Shown here in pieces: positions 58,174 to 64,000 of a stretch of DNA of 64,000 bases. The DNA lies in the NCBI GenBank assembly GCA_963729855.1, contig CAVSPT010000005.1, positions 1,271,221 through 1,335,220 on the forward strand, written 5' to 3'. Under the pieces are notes generated by a model, which was not told where the DNA came from, made no database searches, and saw only the letters and a list, made by a program, of their open reading frames with translations. The position numbers and the translations under genes were made by a program. Numbering within the stretch: position 1 is the first letter of the stretch; every line of letters begins with the position of its first letter. Source of the DNA: Candidatus Aminicenantes bacterium. GTDB taxonomy: Bacteria > Acidobacteriota > Aminicenantia > Aminicenantales > UBA4085.

Positions 58174-59273
58174 CAGATTTCTCCCTCCACGATCGTATCG
58201 TGTCCGATCATGAATCGCGTTATCCGCCGCAGGCGGAGGGTGTCCGGAACGGCTTCGACCCGGGCGCCTCCATCGAACGAGACGGAGTCCGCCCCGCCGA
58301 TCATGAGGGGGGCGATCATGAGGACGAGCTGGTGAAAACGCGGCGGCCGGATCGCCGAGTTCATCACCTGGCCGCCGCCCTCGACGAGGACTCCGGTGAC
58401 GTCCCTTTGACCCAGGAGGCGGAGCGCCTCGTCGAGGTCGAGGACCCCCTGCTTGTTCGGAAGAACGATGACCTCCGCTCCGGCTTTCTCCAGCGCGGCC
58501 CTCTTCCCCGTCGGCGCGCCCGGCCCGGTGAAGATCAGGACGGGCCCGCCGTCCCGATCGGCCAGCAGGCGGGCCTCCGGCGGCGTGCGCAGACGGCCGT
58601 CCAGGACGACCCGGGAGATCTTCCTCCCGGGCCAATTCGGGTGGCGGACGCTGAGCAGGGGATCGTCGGCCAGGACGGTCCCCGCCCCGACCAGCACGGC
58701 GTCGTTCTCGGCCCGCAGGAGATGGGCGTAGGCGCGCGTTTCTTCGGACGTGAGCCAGCGGCCGGCTCCCGCCGGCGGGGCCATCTTCCCGTCCAGGCTG
58801 ACGGCCGCCTTGAGCGTGACGAAGGGCATCCGTCCGCCGATAAAATGCATGTAATGGCGGTTGAGCCGGAGATTCCGGTCGGCCAGCAGGCCGTGCTCGA
58901 ATTCGATCCCGGCCGCGCGCAGCCTGGCCGCGCCCTTGGTCAGAACAAGAGGGTTGGGATCGATATCGGCGGCCACGACCCGCTTCACGGCGGCCGCGGC
59001 CAGCGCGTCGGCACAGGGCGGGGTCCGGCCCCAATGGGCGCACGGTTCGAGCGTGACATAGAGCGTCGCCCCCTTGGCTTTCCGCCCGGCCCGGGCCAGG
59101 GCGACGGCCTCGGCATGCGGCTGCCCGGCCGCTTCGTGGCGTCCCCAGCCGACGATGGCCTCGCCCTTGACCAGGACGGCGCCGACGCAGGGATTGGGGG
59201 ATGTCCGTCCGGCGGACCCGGCCGCCAGGCCGAGGGCCATTTCCATATAGGCCTGATCGCGACGATCGGTCAT
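58173..59273 (-). CDS. ribD: Bifunctional riboflavin-biosynthesis deaminase/reductase
   Basis: CMP/dCMP-deaminase zinc motif HAE…PCxxC. C-terminal RibG reductase domain. Confidence 0.9.
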   Translation of the reverse strand: MTDRRDQAYMEMALGLAAGSAGRTSPNPCVGAVLVKGEAIVGWGRHEAAGQPHAEAVALARAGRKAKGATLYVTLEPCAHWGRTPPCADALAAAAVKRVVAADIDPNPLVLTKGAARLRAAGIEFEHGLLADRNLRLNRHYMHFIGGRMPFVTLKAAVSLDGKMAPPAGAGRWLTSEETRAYAHLLRAENDAVLVGAGTVLADDPLLSVRHPNWPGRKISRVVLDGRLRTPPEARLLADRDGGPVLIFTGPGAPTGKRAALEKAGAEVIVLPNKQGVLDLDEALRLLGQRDVTGVLVEGGGQVMNSAIRPPRFHQLVLMIAPLMIGGADSVSFDGGARVEAVPDTLRLRRITRFMIGHDTIVEGEI

Positions 59274-60163
59274 GTGAAGAGCGCGTCGACGAACGCGGGC
59301 GCGGAGAACTCGACCAGGTCCTCGTCGGTTTCGCCCGTCCCGACAAATTTGATGGGCAGGCCCAGCTCGTCGGCGATGGCCACGATGATGCCGCCCTTGG
59401 CCGTGCCGTCGAGCTTGGTCAGGATGATCCCGGTCAGGCCGGAAACCTTGAGGAATTCGCGAGCCTGGATCAGGGCGTTCTGGCCGATGCTGGCATCGAG
59501 GATGAGCAGAATCTCGTGAGGAGCGCCGGGGATCTCGCGGCCCAGGACCCTTTTGATCTTCTCCAATTCCTGCATCAGGTTGGCATTGGTGTGAATGCGC
59601 CCGGCGGTGTCGACCAGCAGGAGATCCAGGCTCTGGGCCTTGGCATAATGGGCGGCGTCGAACGCGACCGAGGCCGGGTCGGCGCCGTAGCGTCCGTGGA
59701 TGACGGGCAGGCCGAGGCGCTTTCCCCAGACCGAGAGCTGTTCCTGGGCGGCCGCCCGAAACGTGTCGGCGGCGGCCAGCCCGACCTTCTTGCCTTCGTC
59801 CCGGAACCGGCGGGCGAGCTTGGCCAGCGACGTCGTCTTGCCCCCGCCGTTGACGCCGACGGCCATCAGCACCGCGGGGGCCGGCCCGAGCCGCAAGTCC
59901 GCCGCTCCGCCCGCCAGGCGTTCGGTCAGATCGGCCTTGAGGGCCTCCAGGACCTCGGCGAATCCGTCGGTTTTCAGCGTCCTAGAGCGGAGGGAATCCA
60001 TGATCTTATCCGTGGCGGAGACGCCGACATCGGCCAGGATGAGGGCTTCGCCCAGGTCGTCAAGGATCTCTTCGCGCGGTTTTCCGCTCTTGACCAGGCC
60101 GTCGAGGCGCTGTTTGAGGGCCAGCCGGGTCTTGTTAAGTTTTTCGCGGAGGCTGCCGAGCAT
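59270..60163 (-). CDS. ftsY: Signal-recognition-particle receptor FtsY (NG domain only)
   Basis: GVNGGGKTTS, DTAGR, TKLDGTAKGG. Confidence 0.9.
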   Translation of the reverse strand: MLGSLREKLNKTRLALKQRLDGLVKSGKPREEILDDLGEALILADVGVSATDKIMDSLRSRTLKTDGFAEVLEALKADLTERLAGGAADLRLGPAPAVLMAVGVNGGGKTTSLAKLARRFRDEGKKVGLAAADTFRAAAQEQLSVWGKRLGLPVIHGRYGADPASVAFDAAHYAKAQSLDLLLVDTAGRIHTNANLMQELEKIKRVLGREIPGAPHEILLILDASIGQNALIQAREFLKVSGLTGIILTKLDGTAKGGIIVAIADELGLPIKFVGTGETDEDLVEFSAPAFVDALFT

Positions 60164-60255
60164 TGCAACTGGATTATAGGGGCGGCCCCCGCGCTAGTCA
60201 ATGAAACGGGGGGTCTTTGGCTGCGCGCGCGTCTTGTGTTACATTGGATACTCTC

Positions 60256-61950
60256 ATGGACGATGCCTTATGGGTCCTCTCTCCCTCCCGCGACGAAGCG
60301 CGAACGATCGCTTCCGAGCTGGGGATTCCCCTGCCCATCGCCCAGGTCCTGGTCAACCGTAATATCCTGGATGCGCCATCCGCCCATCGATATCTGCACG
60401 GCACCACGGACGATTTCAACGATCCCTTCCTTTTTTCCGGTATGAAAGCGGCCGTCGAGCGAATCGAGGCGGCCGTGGCCCGCGGCGAGAAAATCCTCAT
60501 TTTCGGCGATTACGACGTCGACGGCATCCTCTCCATGATCATGCTTCACAAGGCCCTGACCACGTTGGGCGGACAGGTCGATTATTTCATCCCTGAACGC
60601 CTCAAGGACGGCTACGGCATCAAGGATGAGCACATCGCCGTCGTCCTCGAGCGGGGCGCCCGCCTGGTCATCAGCGTCGATTGCGGGATCAAGGCCGGCG
60701 GTTTCGTCCGGCGGGCCGCGGAGGCCGGCGTGGACGTCATCGTCACCGACCATCACCTTCCCGGTTCAGATCTGCCTGCCGCGGCGGCAGTTTTGGATCC
60801 CGTCGTTGAAGGGGCCGGCTATCCCGAGAAGAACCTGGCCGGCGTCGGGGTCGTCTTCAAGCTCATCCAGGCCCTTCTCCATAAGACACGCTGGGCCGGC
60901 TTCCTGCCCGACTATCTCAAGCTGGTGGCGATCGGCACCATCAGCGATATCGCCGAGCTGCGGGGAGAAAACCGCCTTTTCGCCCGGATCGGGCTCAAGA
61001 AGCTGGAGAACGTCGTCAATCCCGGTCTGCGCAGCCTCTTCGACGTCTGCGGCCTTCTGGGGAAAACGATCTCCGAGGGCGACGTCGGCTTCCGCATCGG
61101 CCCGCGCATCAACGCGGCCGGGCGGATGGGCCAGACCGGGCTGGCCGTGCGCCTTTTTTTCGCCAAATCCGACGGGGAAACCCTGGACATCGCCCGCCGA
61201 TTGGACGCCCTGAACTCCCGGCGCCAGCAGGCCGAGGAGAAAATCTTCAAGCAGGCCGCCGAGCGGGTCCGGGCCGGGAAGATCCATGAGAAATACCGGA
61301 TCCTCATCCTGGGTTGCGAAGAATGGCAGCGGGGCATCGTCGGCATCGTCGCCTCGCGGCTCAAGGACGCTTTCCGCCGCCCCGTCGTTCTTTTCGCCTA
61401 CGAAGACGGGCGCGCGTACGGCTCGGGCCGCTCGATCGGCGATTTTTCGCTCATCGCCTGCCTGGAAGAGAGCGGAGGCCGTTTCCTCTCGTACGGCGGC
61501 CACACTTACGCCGTCGGCTGCACCTTGATGCGCGAGGACCTGGGCGATTTCCGCCGCGGGGCCAACGCCGTGGCCGAGACCCGCTTGACCGACGAGGATC
61601 TGCGCAAGAAGATCCGTCTGGACGCCGAAGTGGAATTCGCGGATATCGAGAAGCGGGATTTTCTGGGCGCCTACGCCCTGCTCTCCCCGTTCGGGGTGGG
61701 AAACGCCCGGCCGATCTTCGTGTCCCGGCAGGCCGAGGTCACCGCCGCGCCGCAGACGATGCAGGGCAAGCATCTCAAGCTCCGGCTGCGCCAGAACGGC
61801 CGCTCCTTCGAGGCCGTCGGCTGGGACCGCGCGGCCTGGGCCGAGCGGATCGGCCAGGGCGACCGGATCGATGTGGCCTATTCCCTGCTCTTTTCCTCGT
61901 ATCTCGGCGAGGATCAGCTCCAATTGTCTCTGGAAGGAGCGCGACGGTGA
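60256..61950 (+). CDS. recJ: Single-stranded-DNA-specific exonuclease RecJ
   Basis: DHH motifs (IFGDYDVDG, DHH at TDHHLP). DHHA1 domain. Confidence 0.9.
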   Translation: MDDALWVLSPSRDEARTIASELGIPLPIAQVLVNRNILDAPSAHRYLHGTTDDFNDPFLFSGMKAAVERIEAAVARGEKILIFGDYDVDGILSMIMLHKALTTLGGQVDYFIPERLKDGYGIKDEHIAVVLERGARLVISVDCGIKAGGFVRRAAEAGVDVIVTDHHLPGSDLPAAAAVLDPVVEGAGYPEKNLAGVGVVFKLIQALLHKTRWAGFLPDYLKLVAIGTISDIAELRGENRLFARIGLKKLENVVNPGLRSLFDVCGLLGKTISEGDVGFRIGPRINAAGRMGQTGLAVRLFFAKSDGETLDIARRLDALNSRRQQAEEKIFKQAAERVRAGKIHEKYRILILGCEEWQRGIVGIVASRLKDAFRRPVVLFAYEDGRAYGSGRSIGDFSLIACLEESGGRFLSYGGHTYAVGCTLMREDLGDFRRGANAVAETRLTDEDLRKKIRLDAEVEFADIEKRDFLGAYALLSPFGVGNARPIFVSRQAEVTAAPQTMQGKHLKLRLRQNGRSFEAVGWDRAAWAERIGQGDRIDVAYSLLFSSYLGEDQLQLSLEGARR

Positions 61951-63923
61951 CCCGCCCGCCCCGCGCCCGCCATCCCCTGCGCTGGATCCGGCGCCTGCAG
62001 GCCTTTTTTACCGTCGGCCTGGGCATCGTTCTGGTGGCGGTCGCCGGGTATTTCCTGACCCATCTCAAGCGCCCCGGCGGCCTGGAATCGAGGGACGGGG
62101 GCTTCACGCCCCAGAAGATCGAAGTCCAGGAGTCGGCCAGCCATTTCGAGTTCGAACAAGGCTTGAGCCGGATGGACATCAAGTTCAACCGGCGGTCTCT
62201 CGGATCGGATGGGCTGTATCATCTGGAGGGCGGGGTGGAACTCATCGACCACGGCAAGAAGGGCAGCCGGGAAATCCGGATCAATGCCGATCGAGCCGTG
62301 AGCGACAAGGACCAGACCATGGTCCGCTTCATGGGGCACGTCTCCGCCGCTTCCAAGGGCCTGACCGTTCGGGCGGATTCCTTCTCCTACGACAAGTCCC
62401 GCGATCTCGTTTACAACGAAACGGGCGTGACCATGCATTCGGAGCGTTTCACCGGCTCGGCCCGGTCCTATGCCTACACCCTGAGCGATGAAACCGTCGT
62501 CCTCGATGGGGATGTCGTTTTTTCCATACGCCCCCAGTCCGGCGATTCCCAGTTTCTGGTCATCAGGGGCGATCGGCTGGTCTTCAACTATCCCCAAAGG
62601 CGGGCCCACCTCGAGGGCGGCATCGACATCAGCCACGGCCGCAGCCGGGGGACGGCCGACGCCGTGGAGCTCCAGCTGTTCGAAAAAAAAGACCAAATTC
62701 ATCTCCTCTGGCTGATGGGCAAGGCCCGCATCGTCTTCCGCGAGGAGCCCAAGCCGGCCAAAACCAAGGCCGCGCCGGCCGCCCCCAATAAGGACGAGCA
62801 GACCTACGCCCAAACTTATCAGTCGCTTTTCCTCTTCGAAAGCGCCGACCAGGACATCGTTGCCGACCAGATCCTGCTGTCGGCCTTTGAAAACGTCCGC
62901 CGCCTCCACGTCGTCCGGGCCCGGGGCGGTTCATCCGTCGTCCTGTCCGCCGCCGAGGGCCGGACGACCCGCATCGAGGGCGCGGCGGTCAATTTCGTCT
63001 TCGATCTCGCTCGCGGCCTGGAGTCCGTCGACGTCCGGGGCCCGGGCCGCCTCCGCGGCGTCAGCAAGGATGTCCCCGTCGGCCGCTCGGTCGAGGGCGG
63101 CTTCATCCTCTATGACGGGTTCCATCGCATCCTCAAAGCCGGGGGCAGCGCTTTGAACCCGGCCCGTTCGATTTCCGAGGGGCGCGACGTCCGGGCCGAG
63201 AACATGATCATCTTCTTCCAAAACAATTCCTTCGACGCCTGGGGCTCGGTCAAGGCCGTCCTGGACGACTCCCCCGCGCCGGGCACGCCGGGCGCGGCTT
63301 CGTCCGGCGCCTTCTTCGCCGCCGGCAAACCCGTTTTCGCCCGGGCCCGGCTGCTCCGTTTCATCCAGATCAATCAGGAACTCGTTTTGAGCGACCAGGC
63401 CCGGCTCTGGCAGGACAAGCAGGTCCTGGAAGGCCCGGAAATCGTCATCAATAAAGAGACCCAGGCCATGCGCGGAGCGCGGAACGTCAAGACCCAGTTC
63501 AACCATGCGCCCAAGGCCGGCGGCCCCGAGGAGCGCGTCGAGGTCGGCGGAGAACGGATGGACTACGATCCCAAGACCAGGCTCATCGTCTTCAGCAAGA
63601 ACGGCTATCTGATTGCCAAGGACGTCGACATCCGGTCCGAGAGCGTGGCCATCGTCCCCGAGGCGTCGGGCGGCAAACCCCGCCTCATCCAGGCCAGGGG
63701 GGCGGTCGTCCTCACGCAGAAGACGCGGAAGCGGGAGGCCCGGGGCGAGGCCGCGGACTATGACGTCGGCCAGGAGACGATCGTCCTGACGGGGCATCCC
63801 GTCGTCGTCGACCGGGATAAGGGCACCTTCCGGGGCGATAAATTGACATTCAATTTGGCCGATGGTAACATCCAAGTGGACAACAAAGATCAACAGCGAT
63901 CGGATGTCGTCATCAAGTCGTGA
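61947..63923 (+). CDS. Membrane-anchored multi-domain LptC/LptA-like (OstA N-terminal-domain repeats) periplasmic LPS-transport protein
   Basis: GTG at 61947 overlapping the recJ stop. N-terminal TM FFTVGLGIVLVAVAGYFL. Several OstA_N-like beta-jellyroll segments. Immediately followed by lptB. Confidence 0.6.
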   Translation: MTRPPRARHPLRWIRRLQAFFTVGLGIVLVAVAGYFLTHLKRPGGLESRDGGFTPQKIEVQESASHFEFEQGLSRMDIKFNRRSLGSDGLYHLEGGVELIDHGKKGSREIRINADRAVSDKDQTMVRFMGHVSAASKGLTVRADSFSYDKSRDLVYNETGVTMHSERFTGSARSYAYTLSDETVVLDGDVVFSIRPQSGDSQFLVIRGDRLVFNYPQRRAHLEGGIDISHGRSRGTADAVELQLFEKKDQIHLLWLMGKARIVFREEPKPAKTKAAPAAPNKDEQTYAQTYQSLFLFESADQDIVADQILLSAFENVRRLHVVRARGGSSVVLSAAEGRTTRIEGAAVNFVFDLARGLESVDVRGPGRLRGVSKDVPVGRSVEGGFILYDGFHRILKAGGSALNPARSISEGRDVRAENMIIFFQNNSFDAWGSVKAVLDDSPAPGTPGAASSGAFFAAGKPVFARARLLRFIQINQELVLSDQARLWQDKQVLEGPEIVINKETQAMRGARNVKTQFNHAPKAGGPEERVEVGGERMDYDPKTRLIVFSKNGYLIAKDVDIRSESVAIVPEASGGKPRLIQARGAVVLTQKTRKREARGEAADYDVGQETIVLTGHPVVVDRDKGTFRGDKLTFNLADGNIQVDNKDQQRSDVVIKS

Positions 63924-63926
63924 CTG

Positions 63927-64000
63927 ATGAAATCGGATTTGAAAGCCGTCGGGTTACGCAAAAGCTACGGCGACAAGACGGTGGTCGATGACGTCTCCGT
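63927..64000 (+). CDS. lptB: LPS export ABC ATPase LptB (5' fragment, truncated by the window edge)
   Basis: MKSDLKAVGLRKSYGDKTVVDDVS matches the LptB N-terminus (…LKAENLAKSYKGRKVVNDVSL). The ATG lies 3 nt after the upstream stop. Confidence 0.6.
   Translation, partial: MKSDLKAVGLRKSYGDKTVVDDVS

Noticed and set aside
57589-59346. 585-aa ORF spanning ribE and the region upstream
   Set aside because: The N-terminal ~390 aa are an Arg/Pro/Gly-rich out-of-frame read-through across ribD. The true ribE is the C-terminal 194 aa, starting at MFTGIV, with ribD in another frame.
59270-60400. FMN (RFN) riboswitch for the rib operon
   Set aside because: ribD overlaps the end of ftsY, so there is no leader before the rib genes. 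No RFN-like conserved sequence is evident upstream of ftsY by eye.

Overview
This window is a high-GC (about 65-68%) chromosomal segment from a Gram-negative (diderm) bacterium. The evidence for diderm status is the LPS genes lpxK, lpxL-like, lptE and an LptC/LptA-like gene followed by lptB, plus a type IVa pilus. The pil genes run pilB-pilT-pilC-pilS-pilR-pilA, an order that resembles Myxococcus and Geobacter; this is inference only.

Most of the window is housekeeping: eno, leuS-lptE-holA, rpsT, dtd, ribD-ribE-ribBA, ftsY, recJ, fusA-like, rph, ogt, comEC and an ars locus.

The first ~7 kb is a lower-GC accessory patch. It holds two ~266-bp direct repeats, each carrying a 5'-truncated tRNA-Leu(CAA)-like segment. 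The repeats bracket a cassette made of a secreted hypothetical protein, a ~40%-GC islet with small ORFs, an IS with a 515-aa rve/DDE transposase and ~60-bp imperfect terminal inverted repeats, and a secreted IU-nucleoside hydrolase.

Other notable items:
- Tandem, near-identical type IV pilin paralogs, each with its own sigma54-type promoter and intrinsic terminator, separated by a PlsC-like acyltransferase and a GmhA-like SIS protein.
- A single 778-aa ORF that fuses a class-I aminotransferase to an HprK-like P-loop kinase domain with a Cys cluster.
- A family of structured ~100-150-nt repeats in the 5' leaders of lpxK and a BtuF-like gene. In the BtuF-like gene the repeat core encodes the Tat RRxF motif.
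- Divergent near-consensus sigma70 promoters in the arsR-acr3 / arsC locus, with a small ferredoxin-like ORF after arsC.
- An EF-G paralog adjacent to a KaiC-like ATPase.
- A 658-aa membrane-anchored multi-OstA-domain LptC/LptA-like protein upstream of lptB.

No CRISPR array, rRNA or intact tRNA was found. Many of the long ORFs in the six-frame track are antisense or N-terminally over-extended artifacts of the high GC content.
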